Shown: positions 23,886-38,423, counted from the stretch's first letter. The stretch is 64,000 bases of DNA from Octopus sinensis (GCF_006345805.1 NC_042998.1:10230001-10294000); one strand, 5' to 3'. Made by a program: numbers and translations. Notes: generated by a model from the letters alone, not told the origin.

Positions 23886-26238
23886 TTAGATTGACTCCAG
23901 TACTTGACTGGTATTTTTTTATTTTACTGACCCTGAAAGGATGAAAGCAAAGTTGACCTTGATGGTTTTTCAACTCAGAATGTAGAGAGCTGGAAATACC
24001 ATCAGACATTCTGTTTGACAATCAAGCCCAACACCATCTGTATAAAAGTGAACTGAATTGTGGTGGAGTTCATGCTTTACCAAAAAGCCAGAGTGATGAC
24101 ACAAATGAAAAGCTATTTTTTAATTAAGACTAGGTTATAAGTTTCACTTGCCGGGAGGGTCTTTGTTACTTTTAAGATATTTAATAATAATCCATAACAG
24201 TGGCACAAGGCCAAAAATTTGTTGGGAAGAGGTATATAGAGACAAGTGAAACAACACCAGTATTTCTGGCATGTATTTATAAAACTCTAGAGATATGATA
24301 AATAAAAATAAATTCCTTTCTTGCTGGATTTGAAATTAAAATATAAAAGCTTATAGCTAAACATCAAAACTTTTTAGTCTACGCTTCACTGTCTCAGACA
24401 TTTTAATATCATGTATAGTATATGCCTTATAATTTCTTAATATGTGCAAAAGTTATAGAAGTGTAGCAGAATATAAAGTAGAGAATTGATAAAGTTATCA
24501 GAGTATTGGATAGAATGTCTTGCAGACATGGCTGTTTAATCAAGAAGTTCACAACCACATGGTTTTGGGTTCAGCCCCATTGCGTGGCACCTTGGGCAAG
24601 TGTCTAGTATAGCTTCAAGGCAATCAAATCTTTGTGAGTGAATTTAGTAGATGAAAACTGAAAGAAGCCTATTGTGTGTGTGTGTGAGTGTGTGCTTACA
24701 GGATAGTTATAAATGGACTCATTGTCATACAAGTAAAATCCCTGATTTCCATTCTTCTGTGAAAAAAATGTCTGGCCATGGAGAAAAATTAATTACCAGG
24801 AAATAGGTGAGGATTGGAGACAGGAAGGGCATCTGGACATTAAAAAATCTACCTTAACAAATTCTGTCTGACCCAGGCAAGCATGGAAAAGTGGATAAAA
24901 TCATCACTTTAACATCTATATTTCTATACTTGTATAGATCAGATGAAATTTGTTAAAGCAGACTTTCTGTGGTTGGATGGCCTTCCTGTCACAAACCCTC
25001 ACCTGTTTCTAAGTAAGGTAATATTTCCCCAAGGTCAGATACATTTCTGTGGATTGGAAGTGAAGGCCACCGTGTGTGTGATAATGACAATTCGTTTACA
25101 ACCGTCACGTGATGTTAGGACAAAAAGGCATGCATGCTCACACCCCCGCTCACATACACTACAGACTCTTTTCAGTTTCTACCAAATCCACTTGCAAAGC
25201 TCTGGTCAACCTGGAACTAATGAGGACACATACTCAAGTTCATTATTTACACTATTTACATTTGACGGATATTTGTCCGTAAATAGTGTAAATAATGTAC
25301 ATAATACCTCATCTCTTAAATATAGAACACACTCAAATTATCGCATAATGCAACTGAACCCCAAACCAGTTTGAGATGGGAAAAATAGTGCATCATCATT
25401 ATCAGTGTAAATTAACAAAGAAACAAACAAAGAACTCTATATTTTGTACTGGTATAAGAATTATGGGCTCATTTACATTTTAAGAATATTTTACATGTCT
25501 TTTTTTCTTACACAAAATAACTTCACACTGGAATAATGCACACATACTCAATTTAGACTTGAAGGCAAAATTTGTCTCACCAACATTCTTTAACCCTTTA
25601 GCATTCAGATTATTCTGTAAAATGTAAAGCTTATGTATTCACACCATGTAAAATTAATCTTGCATCATTTCATGGCTTTGAGATTTCAATGATGTGATTC
25701 TTTATTTTTAAAATGACACAATAAGATAGCTATGAATGACTATATCTGACTAATTTGAACATAAAATAGGTAGAATATTTTGGCTGGATATGGCCGGAGC
25801 CCTGTTACACCATACCAATGATCTCTAAAATTGCCCACTATACTGTTCCCAGCTAAACAACCCACTCTTTGCACTCACCTTCCAGCATCCTGACACTCTC
25901 ATAGTCTTTCACCACTCACAAATCATGGAAATCAACACTCCAATCAACTTTTTCTCCACACCGAAACTACATTTCTCTTAAACAGCCTTGAGATTTAGAG
26001 TTTCCTAGAATTCTGTTGAAAGTAAAAGTTCTATTTTTAAAGAATAAAGACTAGGCCCTCGGCAAGGAATACCATTCTAATTGCTTCAGATTTTCTAACA
26101 ACAGCTATCATTAGATTTTATGGTTGAGTTGTTAGTGATGGAGATAACACGAAGTTGTAAAAAAAACATATTTTCTCTAATTATATACAGGTATGTGAAG
26201 TTTTTAAAAGGCAAACCAGCAAGGTCAGTATTTAAAAA

Positions 26239-26803
<565 letters not shown>

Positions 26804-27539
26804 TCAAATTACATATTACTGATTACGTCATCATCATCATCATCGATTAACGACCGTTTTCCATGCTGGCATGGGTTGGACGGTTCGATTGAGGTCTGGA
26901 GAGTCAGCAGCTGCACCAGGCTCCAGTCTGATCTGGTAGTGTTTCTACAGATGGATGCCCTTCCTAATGCCAACCACTCTGAGAGTGTGGAGTGTGGTGG
27001 GTGCTTTTTACATGCCACCGGCACAGGAGTCAGTCAGACAGGCCCGGCATCGATCACGTGAATACAAATTACTTGCCACAATATATAGGATGCATCAGTT
27101 TTTTTTGAGGACATCTCTTTCAAGAACCCTTTCTTCTAATTAATTTTTTTTACCTTACTTTTCAGGTAAATGATGTCAGACATCAAATTGACTCAGCAAA
27201 TGAAAAGGTACACTGTAATCATTTCCTTAAAAGCACAGCATAGTGATACAGAGATGCCTTGTTTCCTGAAAGTTGCCTTTGCTGTCAGAGTCTGAAAGGA
27301 GCCGGAAACTGCTAACAGGGATCCAGCATCACCAGCTAAACACAGAATGTATGCACAGGGTCATAATATCAACAAAACACCAGAAATTTGTACAAATAAA
27401 ACTCAACATTATTCATAGCATTTCTAAATTCATATAAAGAACCTTAAAAAATTGACACACCTTGTATATAGTGACTGACACATACACACACACACATACA
27501 TACACACACATGCACACACACACATGCACACGTGTGTGT

Positions 27540-30350
27540 GTCCTTCTGTCATCATAACAAGTCAACACCCTTAGGGCTGCACCTCCATCACTGTACACAC
27601 CAAGAACGGCAGGTTAAAAGATTTTATGGAGATACTGGAATGGAGACAAATGGATGTGTGATATGAAATGAAATGGAAAGGAACATCAGTAAAACTCATC
27701 ACAAGCAAGGTACAAATTCTTGTGGGCGGGTAACAAGAGTGGAATGGGTGAGAGTAGTGTTATTGTGAGAAGAGAAACAAACTGATAAGATAATAGAGGT
27801 AATTAGGATGCACAATAGGATAATTAAACCAGTTAAGGGCAATATCAGTGCAGCATTCATCTTTTCATAAGTCCCACAACCAAGGCTGGACATTGAACAG
27901 AAGGACTACTTTTATGAGATCCTCCTGCCAGCTACCTTTGTAATGAATGTCAGTGACCTCTTTATTATGGGTGGTAATGCACATGTTAAGCAACATGAGG
28001 AAGGCTTCTCCAGCATACATGAAAACTACAGTTATGGCAACTTGGAGTTAGGTAATGCAAATGAGCCAACCATTTGCAGCACTAACTTCACGAGACACAG
28101 GCTAACCACCTGATCACCTATTAATCAAACATACATAGAAGCTAGGTAAACATTCACTCATCTGAAAATGAGAAAACACAGAAGTTGTGAATGCCAAGTC
28201 TTTCTATAGTGAAGGATGCAGCACCCAACTTGGGCTAGTAATAGTATACTTAGAATAAGAACTAGACAGACCCAAGGATAAAATACACACACACAGACAG
28301 AGTCTGAAGAAGGAAAATATGGAAACTAAAACAGTTGCCTATTAGTTATAGATTGAGAGAAGTTCTGGCTGATACATGAAGGACATAGAAACTGGGTGTT
28401 TCTATGAGTTAATATTGTGAAAGCAACAATTTGGATTTGTAACTGGTGCAAGGCTCCAGCCAGATGAACATTGGACATGGTTGTACAATATAGTACTGTA
28501 GCCTGCACTATAAAAGTTAAGTGACCAGTGTGGCAAGTGGAAAAATCTGGAAGGAAAGAGGGCAACAGAGAACAACATCAAGTAGCTAAAAAGAGAAGCT
28601 AGATGTTAAGTATACTCAGCAAATAGGGAAAGTCATGAACTGATTCAAACTGCAAGGCTGTATACAACAGAGAATTGAGATGTGTGTGGGGAAAAGTAAG
28701 TACAGGAGTATAATGGTACACTTGCTCTTACTGGCACTGAAAAGAAAATGTCCTGTGTTACTACAAGAGAAGAACGAATAGGAGAGAGTCAGTCTGTCTC
28801 AGCCATTAAAGTTAACAGCAGTATGGTTGCAGGTGCAATTAAATATATCAAGGCTGAGAAAGTAGCTTGTTTATGAGAGACAGTCACTCAAGTACTGAAA
28901 AACACTAGCAAAGTAGGTCACATGCCAGTTACTCAGTTAGCTAATTAGGTGATTCTCAGGTGTTATACTCAATGAAGTCTCACCATTCACTGCTAAAGAA
29001 AATGCACTAAAGAGAAAGGTAATGAGAATGGCTTTAAATCGTTGGATCAGGTTATGAAAGTTACATTAAGAGTTATTGCATAACTGATGAAGAACAAAAT
29101 TAACCTGGATGAAATGGATTTTGGCTTTGTGTCTAGAGGATGTATCCCTTATGCTGTATTCAAGATGCAGTCTTAGGGCTGCACCTCCATCAGTGTTGAT
29201 GAATGGTATTCAAATTTTCTAATGGTATTCATCAACCTGGTAAAGACCTTTGACAGAATCCCCTGTTCTATCTGGTGATTGCTCAGGAATCTACAAAAAG
29301 GTTTGTGAGGTCTATATAAGCCATGTACACAGATAGTATGGAGAAATAAGAGTCAATGATGAGTTCAGTGATGGATTTAGCATGAAGGAAGACATTCATC
29401 AAGGGTGAGTTCACAACCCTCTTTTGTTTTTTGTAGGCCAAAACAGAGAAGATTAAGACTGGCTATTAGTACGAACTTCTCTAAGCTGATGACTTTTTAT
29501 AGGTGAATCTGTAGAAAATTTGGAGAATAAAATTCCAGACACCAAGCAAATCTTGGAATTAAAACACTGAAGTTTTAGTAAAGACAGGCTTTTGCTGCCA
29601 CCAGGGAAATGGCTGTACTTGATTTGCAGAAAAAGTAGTAGGCAGAAATTCTAAACAGAGTAAACTATGGAGAAATAAGAGATATAGTGGAATTACTGAC
29701 AATCTAATAGAAAAATTAGACCTTATATGCAGCAAGTGTGAAGGAGTAATTAGCAATAAAGACACATGCAGAAGAAATTGCATCAAATTCTGGGAAAGCT
29801 CACAAAATGTAATTAATAGCTTCTGCTACTTAGATGTTGTAATTAACAGTGTAGGTGGGGAATGTATTGAAAAGATAGTAGAGTTAGAGCAGAGTGGAAA
29901 AAATTCAGAGAACTATAACCTTTACTAGCAACAAAGAGTTTCTGAGAGTGAAGGACAAATTGTACTTGCTTGTGTGCAAAGTGTGATGCTGCGTGGAGAT
30001 GAGACATGGGCATTGAATGTGGAAGATTTGCTACAGCTGGAAAGAAATGAAACAAGTGCATTCTACTGCATGTGTAATGCTTGTGTGTATGAATGATGAA
30101 GCATAAATGAGTTGAGAGAAAAGCTAGATAGAAGACGAATTAGATGTAGTGTGCCAGAGGAAAAGGTTGGTTACAGATATATGATGCACATGGAGAATGT
30201 TGGTTGTATAAAGAAATGCTGAGCACTCAATGTGAAGATGGAATTTGAGGAAGACACGAGACAAAGTAGTGAAGACTGACCTCAAGAAGCTGAATGCTGC
30301 AAAGGAGATGACAAAGAAACATGATTGGTGAAGTACAGTACTAGAGAAGG
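27540..30350 (+). pseudogene. Old, heavily decayed RTE LINE copy
   Basis: Patches homologous to the intact ORF (LDQVMKVT, MDFGFV, ELL*ADD, GDETWA, KEMT) with many stops and frameshifts. Confidence 0.8.
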
Positions 30351-30458
30351 AATACTAAAGAAAACATAGCAAAATGGTTGTTAATATAATAGCGATGGAG
30401 TTTGGAATAATATATCACTGGGTCGCTTGCTCAGTATGCATCTGTTAAATCCCCATCT

Positions 30459-30761
30459 GGCAATCTTACGGTTCTAGTATATTTTACGTCAAATGACCAC
30501 GTGTATTTGTTTATATATGATCGTTGATTTCCGTGAAAAACTTATTTTTTTACATATGGGGTTGGGGGAGATGGGATCTTTGGGGTTAGGGTTCTTTTAC
30601 ATATGGAATTGGGGGGGGAAATAGGATCTAACCCCAAACATCCCATTTTCCCCCAACCCCATATCTAAAACAATAATACTTTTTTACGGAAATCGACGAT
30701 CATATATAAACAAATACATATGGTCATTTGACGTAAAATATACTAGAACCGTAAGATTGCC
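30459..30761. mobile_element. Palindromic MITE, Merlin-like ends
   Basis: Long TIRs starting GGCAATCTTACGG; perfect 8-bp TSD CCCCATCT (30451-30458, 30762-30769). Confidence 0.85.
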
Positions 30762-31199
30762 CCCCATCTTTTTGATGGCAAGCTTAGTCCATTGCCCAGT
30801 TTAAGAACCATCAACTGGCTCTTTGGTATCTTTGGTAGAGTTCCCCTCCCAATTGAAAAGGAGATACAAGCAGAGACTGATGACATTCTGTCTTCTCTTA
30901 CACACCGATAACAACAGTCACCTCACACTCATCATCATCATCATCATCGTTTAACGTCCGTTTTCCGCGCTAGCACGGGTTGGACGGTTCGACCGGGGTC
31001 TGGGAAGCCAGGGGCTGCACCAGGCTCCAGTCTGATCTGGCAGAGTTTCTACAGCTGGATGCCCTTCCTAACGCCAACCACTCCGCGAGTGTAGTGGGTA
31101 CTTTTTAAGTGCCACCGGCACACTGTGTCCAACAAATCCACTACATGAGAATGACAGCCCCATGACTGACCGAGAGGGGGGAGTTGAGAATCAATCAAA

Positions 31200-34062
31200 C
31201 CAGTTAACATGGAAATGACCTTGGACATGAATATGGCAATTCCTTTGAACAGCGAAAGAAACGCAAACAACTTTGGATGCAAACTGTGCTGTAGGACCTT
31301 TGCAACCAAGAGAGGATCAAAGATACATCAAGGAAAGACTTGTAAGAAGAGGACAGCCCAGTGTGGATCATCTGATCATAAAAGACATGGCAAATCATCT
31401 CCGGACTCAAAGGACAACGGATCGATAAATGCTACAGCAAAGACCTCTTCCCAACAGGAAACTGCAAACTATGAAACTGGTGCATCAGATAGTACACAGA
31501 GAAACCCGAGGGTTCTGTGGCCTGCTGCTAATGAGAGAGGAAAATATAAAGAGTTTGAAAACAAGGAATGTTGAGCTCTTTATAAAATGACAGGATCTAC
31601 AGTGGAGGAACTGGGAAACTTAACAAGCGCAATATATGATACAGGAAGGGAATTATTAGGAGTGAAAGATAGTATCTGATTAGCAGGAGGATCAGGAAAA
31701 TGAAACAGTTGAGAAAAGAAAAGACCAGCTTAAGAAAGCAATAGAAATGTGCTGCGGAAGATGAAAAACTGGGCCTCGTGCTGCCCCAGGAAGTGATGGC
31801 ATCTCGTATAAAGTATACAAATATTGCAATCGTCTGTGAAAGAAGCTCTTTGTCCTATCCCAACAGCTGTGGTGCAAAGAGACTTTAGTAGAGGACTGGT
31901 ATAAGGCAGAAGGCATATACCTGCCAAAGGGGGCCAATGAAAAGATTATAAAACAGTTTAGGCCGATATCCTAGATGATAGAGATGATTTTGAAAGCCAT
32001 GGATTTTTCGAAACAAATCGCCTAAGATGGCCTTCATCGATGACGTGACACTTCTATCAACAGACAAGCAAATCATGCAGAGTGCCCACTTGAGACTAGA
32101 TGAGCTTCTGAAGTGGTCAAGGATGCGATTTAGAGCAAAAAAGTTGTGTAGTCTGATATTTGAGGGAGTGCAAAAAGAAGTTTCAAATAGCTGAAGAAAG
32201 CATTCCAACAGTCAAAGAAGAACCTGTCAATAGTTTAGGGTGAGTATACGCTGGAACATTGTCAGATAGGAGTTGCGGGATGGAAATTATGAAACAAGCC
32301 AAGGTTGGATTATTGGCGATTGATAACTCAAAGTTACCAGGTAAATATGGCTTGTATCTGCGACTTTTGTGGCCACTTTTAATATACGAGGTAGCACTGT
32401 TACAAGTTCAAATCATTAAGCAAAAATGTAATGTGTTCATTAGAAAGTGGCTAAGCCTACCTTGGATATTGAACAGTTCAGTTCTTTATCGTAAAAGAGG
32501 CTCATTGCAATTACCACTGGCATCAATAGTTGAAATTTATAAACTAGGGAAGGTATGACTGGTGATGATGCTGAGAGAGTCAAAGGACATGGAAATCAGG
32601 CGTAATCCACCAGATGTGAAAACAGCCAGGAAGTGGAAAGTAGAAGCAGAGACTCATGACATTCTGTCTTCTCTTACACACCGAGATATGGTGGGTGTAA
32701 CGCATATTCATTGGAGGGGACTTGGTTTTGGGGCAGAACCATTTGCAAATATGATGCAGAGCAACAGATCTGTTAGTTAGTTAGTTAGTTAATTTTTGGG
32801 CTCAAAAAGCAAAAAGCAAGGCCAAGTAGGGGGACATGGAGTTAAGTACAGGGTGGTATTCATGTAAAGAGTTCAGGCCATTTGTGGTCAAGGGAGACTT
32901 TGAACTAAGCGGTCGTCGGCATCTTCACTATCTCGTCCGGCAGCTTATTCCACGGATCCACAACTCGGACGGAGAAAGCCCCTCTCCTTCGATTGAGATG
33001 AAATCAACAGCATAAAAACAAGGGAAGCAGAGAGAAGAGAGCTTCATTTGATCCAATGCACTCAACAAGGACAGATGAGGAGATAGGAGGAATATGTTGA
33101 AGGAAAAATAAGTTGGAATGAGATATGGAAGTGGACCACATCTCGGCTAAGTCTTCTGATTCGTTCATCCTATGATGTCTTGCCATCACCTGCAAATCTA
33201 GTAAGATGGAACATCTCAGAGAATGATATATGCAAGTGCGGAAAGGTTGGAACACTGAAACATATTCTTTCCAGCTGTTCACTAGCAATGAAAACATGGA
33301 GACACAACCTGGTCCTTAAGGTTATCTTCAATGCTATAAAGAACCAAATTGATCTCAACAACAATGAAAAAGAAACCCGTTGAAAGTACCAACTAGAGAT
33401 TTCATTACCTTCGTGTGCTTAGGACAGCAGATCCATTTCAAGAAGAAACTTCCTGTGAGCAATGAAAAGTGGAACGGCTATTGGGAGGTGGCTGCAGATT
33501 TACCAGAGTGCCAGGGACTGTTTCCCATCCCAGTTACAAAAAAAAAACTAGATATTTTAATATGGCGTGAAAGGAAGAAAGTTGTGAATCCAGACAAGAT
33601 AATGGTTCCTCATGAAGATAACATGGATGCCGCTTGGGCTTGAAAGACTGACCGTTAGGTAAACCTCATTGAGGAATGTGAAAACACAGACCGGAAAACA
33701 GAGCATTTTCCAATCAAAGTTGGATGTAGAGGATTTGTTGGACACAGTGTGAGGTGACTGTTGTTATCGTTAGACCTAACTCATCGTAAAGTAAATACCA
33801 CCATGACTGATATCCAAACTGTGGTGGAAAAGGCTAGCCACTGGATTTGGTTAAAAAGAGACGATAAGTGATGGCTAGAAGAATATTGAGCTTTATTTGA
33901 TAACAAGTTGATCTAGCAAGCAGGGTCTCATATCAGTGAGGGTGTGTGTGAGCGCATTGATGCTGTCGAGAGGTAGGCCCCGAAACGGCACGCATTCTAT
34001 CCTGATGACCCCATACACTTGCTGGCTTCTGGTATGCAGAGCTTTCAACAGATAGCATTTGC
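31200..34062 (+). pseudogene. Decayed HERO-like non-LTR retrotransposon (restriction-like endonuclease type)
   Basis: N-terminal CKLCCRTFATKRGSKIHQ finger, RVLWPAAN, KQFRPI, AFIDDVT, RLLWPLLIYEV, RKWL, CKCGKVGTLKHILSSC..WRHN, VPHED...VGCRGF; broken by stops. Confidence 0.8.
32768..33005 (-). mobile_element. CR1-type LINE 3' fragment nested in the HERO relic
   Basis: Minus strand reads RRGAFSVRVVDPWNKLPDEIVK...FKVSLD, followed by a (TAAC)n tail. Confidence 0.8.
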
Positions 34063-34247
34063 ATTTTTTTTTCTCTCTGGTTTCAGCTTAGAGCTGCGGC
34101 CATGCTGATGCACCGCCGTTTACTGGAATGCTTACAGCACCTAGGTTTCCAAAGCGGTCACCCATCTAAGTTCTAACTAGGCTCGATGTTGCTTAACTTC
34201 GGTGATCAGACGAGAACTGGTGCTTTCAACGTGATATGGCTGTAAGC
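34063..34247 (-). mobile_element. 5S-headed SINE (SINE3-like)
   Basis: 5S head, then GGCGGTGCATCAGCATGGCCGCAG..CTGAAAC tail shared with local tRNA SINEs, then A10. Confidence 0.7.
34129..34247 (-). rRNA. Full-length (119 nt) 5S rRNA-derived sequence, head of a SINE; probably not a functional rDNA unit
   Basis: GCTTACAGCCATATCACGTTGAAAGCACCAGTTCTCGTCTGATCACCGAAGTTAAGCAAC...GATGGGTGACCG...GTGCTGTAAGCA; helix I perfectly paired; no oligo-T terminator. Confidence 0.85.
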
Positions 34248-35723
34248 CATGTGCAAGTTGTTTGCAGAACATACACAGTAATGATAGAGGTGGTGGTAGT
34301 GCCTCATCCTCAGTATACATTTCAGTTGTCAACCCCCACCCACCTCAAATCTGTACAGTGGTAATTTTGTGGAATGTGTAATTGAAGTGATGGCTTTCTT
34401 AATCACAACCTCAGGCAATTCATCAGCATTTTTAATTTGCCTGTTGATATTAAGCCTTTGCTTATGTTTACTTTCTGAAGTTTTTTTCTTTTATAACTGT
34501 TTACTCTTGGCCAATGTTTTTTTTTGGCATCTTATTAAACTACTACATTAATTTGCAAACACATTATCATATTTCACATCTTTCATTTGAATCACTAGCA
34601 ACATGAATATAACGATTTTATATTGATATTATATTTTGGTAGAGTATGAAACAAATATTTATATTTTCTATGAAACAATTTTTATATTTTCCATCCTTAT
34701 TCTAAGTCAATTTTTTAATAAAACTGTTAAAAAGTTAGTAATTCAAAACTACTAATGATGATGGTGATCACTAATGATAAACTGGAATTTAGACCTGTTT
34801 CTTACACGAGGTTGCCAATTTTAAGAGAGCTAAAATTTGTATGTTCATCCATTTTACAAGAGGTAGACTGGACACCTATATACAGTGAAATGCTACCATC
34901 TAGAAATCAAAACTATGTCACAGACCCATCTAAATTGGTCACAAAACATAAGGTACTGTACTTGTCAATTATTGTGATGATAACTGATAGATGAATAAAT
35001 TATACCCTTCAAAAAGCTGTTGTATAAGCAGCACAAACATCAAGAAAGACCTTAATTATCCTCTAATGATTACTTTAGATTAGGAATGTATTTTCTGTTG
35101 TAACGTCTGGGAGTGTCAAATAGTGACTGTACAGAATAGTTCAGTTACATTAACAAAAGATAAAGTCTTGTGACAAACTGAGAATAATAAAAAATCAGCA
35201 AGGGCAACATAGATTTATAGGTATTTGTAGTCATTACCATAAACCTGTAGCTGGAAACCCCCCCCCCCCACCGCCAGAACTGGTGGAGAAAATCTCAGAA
35301 ACATCTATGAAAAGCAAGAGTACAAGAGAATTCCTAATGAGTTGCACTATAAATGAATGAGTTAACCATTTTATTACCATACTAGCACATATTGCAAGTG
35401 CATGCATATACAGCTACATGCGTGCGCACATACACGCAAGTACTGTCCAAATCTCCAACCAGTCACATACAGCTAGCTGGCATTCAATTGGTGTATCAAG
35501 TTTCGGGCATTTTGATTGGGTTTTGGATAGAAAATTCACAAAAAAGTCACTTTTATTGATTTTTTTAATGGCTTTATGGGGTGACTGGGGAAATATAAAG
35601 ATGTGCACGACCACCCTTGGACAGTTTTGAATGACCATAGAAAGTGCGAGCCCTCTAACTGAAAAATTGTGGATTTGTATAAAGGACACACACACACAGA
35701 CATTTTGCCATTTATATTCTATA

Positions 35724-36084
35724 CTAGCAGTATCGCCCGGCGTTGCTCGGGTTTGTTTCGACCCGCTGGAATTGTAATTTTGAAAAGTAAAAATTTTGTG
35801 AACATTTTTCTGGTTGAAATATACCGAAAAGTGGCGACACAGCAGTGAAAAAATCGTAAAAAAAAATAGGGATTTTCATAGAAAAAAGCAGCTGTTTGAT
35901 GTAAATAATTTTTGGTGTTAACATGGTCCGATTTGAATTTTATGTTCTACTGAAGGAAGAGCAACCCTTCTTCTATCATACTCTCAATTTTGGTCAACTT
36001 GCGCCGCAGGGTCTCGGAGGAGATAGTGTTAGTTGAAGGTTACCAAACGTGGCGCACACAGACAACTTCAGCTTTATATAGAGA
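35724..36084 (-). mobile_element. Helitron of a second subfamily within a Helitron-rich cluster (about 35380-37165)
   Basis: Shared 3' end (GCAACGCCGGGCGATACTGCTAG) and TCTCTATATAAAGCTGAAGTTGTCTG 5' end; other Helitron-like 5' ends at about 35715 and 37165. Confidence 0.7.
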
Positions 36085-37813
36085 TAACACACACACATTA
36101 ATACACATACATAGACACACACACACATGTATGTATGGATGTATATATGTACATCTGTCCACTTCTTGCAATATTTTTATCCTTCACTTCCTACACACAC
36201 ACACACACCTTATTAGCTTACAATTTCTTTCTGTCAACAATTGACAACAGAAGTACGCTCGCCAATTAATACTACCAAAATTTAACGACAGAAAGTAAAT
36301 TAAAAACCAATTTACCTTTTCTGTATTGTTATGGCAATCCGACCGTCGGTGTGTTTTTGCAAATGTGTTCGAATGAGAAGTGAGTTGTGTTTGGCGCCTT
36401 TTTTACTAATAACAAACACACACGTGTGTGTGTGTTTGAGTGTTTGTATGTAGTTGTTTGAAACGTTTGTGTTTGTCACTGTCATATATGTATGTGTATG
36501 CGTGTGTGTGAGGAATGGCAAACCAGATAGATAGCGTGCGAAGTTCTTTTGAAGTTCGCGTGTCACACACGCACACACACACACACGTTAGCTTACAATT
36601 TTATTTATATATTTGCGAGTCTATGTGTGTAAAGAGGAAGTGGGAATGCAGAGTGAAAGAGTGAAATGGTAAAATATTTAGTTTTCTCGAATTTTTTCTG
36701 AAATGGGGGTGAAATTGAAAGAAATTTTGTATGCCATGACCGAATGGAAGTACTTTGAAAAATCATAGGTAAACTCTAATTGAAGAAATTGTGTGAGGAG
36801 TAAATCGTTATGTATTTATTTGTTTCTGTTTGCTGTGTTGTCTTTTTTTTGAGTAGTGGTTTAAGGTACACTTGCAAAGAGAAAGTGGGAGAAATTAGGG
36901 TGATAGCATCAGTGAAGCAGTTCGCTCCGTTTGTGTGTGTGTGCGTGTGTGTGTGCTGTAGCCCACACTAAGAAAAGCACTTCACTTACACACCACAATG
37001 TGAGTTTTCTCTAAATTTTGCTTAATTGGGGTTGAAATTTTAAAAACCGGACCTGGCACGACCCGATGTATTCTACTCTTAAAAGTGCTAGGTAAATTGT
37101 AATTGAAGAAATCCTATATTGTAGATTTCTATAAGAGACAAAGGGAGGCAGATAAAATCTGCCTTTTATAATAAGAGATATATACTCTTTACTCTCTCTT
37201 TTACTCTTTTACTTGTTTCAGTCATTTGACTGCGGCCATGCTGGAGCACCGCCTTTAGTCGAGCAAATCGACCCCGAGACTTATTCTTTGTAAGCCCAGT
37301 ACTTATTCTATCGGTCTCTTTTTGCTGAACTGCTAAGTAACAGGGACATAAACACACCAGCATCGGTTGTCATGCAATGCTAGTGGGACAAACACAGACA
37401 CACAAACACATACACGCATATATATATATATATGACGGGCTTCTTTCAGTTTCCGTCTACCAAATCCACTCACAAGGCTTTGGTCGGCCCAAGGCTATAG
37501 TAGAAGACACTTGCCCAAGGTGCCACGCAGTGGGACTGAACCCGGAACCATGTGGTTGGTAAACAAGCTACTTACCACACAGCCACTCCTGCGCCTATAT
37601 AAATGATTTTTTTGTGAATAAAAACTGCCTTTGTTTCATTTAATTTTGAAATAATGAAGAATTTAGGGAAATAACTTTGTCATTATTAAACTGATGTTTG
37701 GAACATCACAAAAAAAAATCATTTTAAAACAGAAAGTTTGTGTCATCGAATACATGGCAGTTACAGGTGGGGGGGGGCAGTTAAAAGGGATGAAAGAAAA
37801 ACCAAGAACTTAC

Positions 37814-38312
37814 CTGTTTGTGTTCTCGCCTTGATAGAGTTGTTCCTTTAAGAAGTTTCCATAAAAGCCGGATGCTAATTTTAATATCAATGAACATCAG
37901 TCGGAAACCATGATAGTAGTGTTTAACCTCATCAACTACACGGATCCATAATTTCTTTTTCGGTTGAGTAATTGATTTCTCAGGTTCACTTCCAAATAGC
38001 TTCTCATTAGAGGCTTTTAATTCAGCCTCTGCAGCCTGCTCTTTTAGGGCTTTCACAGTCTGTTCAATTTTAGATTCTTCCTTTGATTTTGAAATGCTGC
38101 TTTGAATACACCTATATAATATATTATTTGGATTGCTTTGGGAATATAAATCAAAGCTGCATATAAGATACTTTGATTTAAAATATAATGTGGGTAGATA
38201 AAGTCTTGCATTTTGAGTTTTGCGTTGATGATTATCATGGAAAGAGGAAACAGAAATTTGTAGCTTTGGTTGCCTTCTGTAATGTACTAAAGAATGTAGC
38301 TTCAAGCACCGT
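37814..38312 (-). CDS. LETM1: LETM1 exon (499 nt): presequence/N-terminus to [48 protein letters not shown]
   Basis: ttttcag|A acceptor, CAG|gtaagt donor; matches the LETM1 motif [15 protein letters not shown]...RRE. Confidence 0.95.
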
Positions 38313-38423
38313 CTGAAAATGGTTGAATTAAAAACGAAAATTAGTAATTTCAAATAAATGACAAACATAATCTTTATTTCACAAGCAGATGCAAATTTGC
38401 AGGAAAGGGTATTATTATTTAAA

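Noticed and set aside
33975-34012. CGAAAC...CTGATGA in the HERO 3' UTR as a type II hammerhead
   Set aside because: The strands that should form stem II (GGCCCC and CCCC) are not complementary.
34129-34247. Functional 5S rDNA locus
   Set aside because: Single copy, no oligo-T terminator, fused to a SINE tail and A-run.
36312-36600. Internal alternative LETM1 promoter or first exon (AAG|gtaaat donor, CpG-richer)
   Set aside because: It lies within a Helitron-rich cluster with internally repeated blocks; no transcript evidence.
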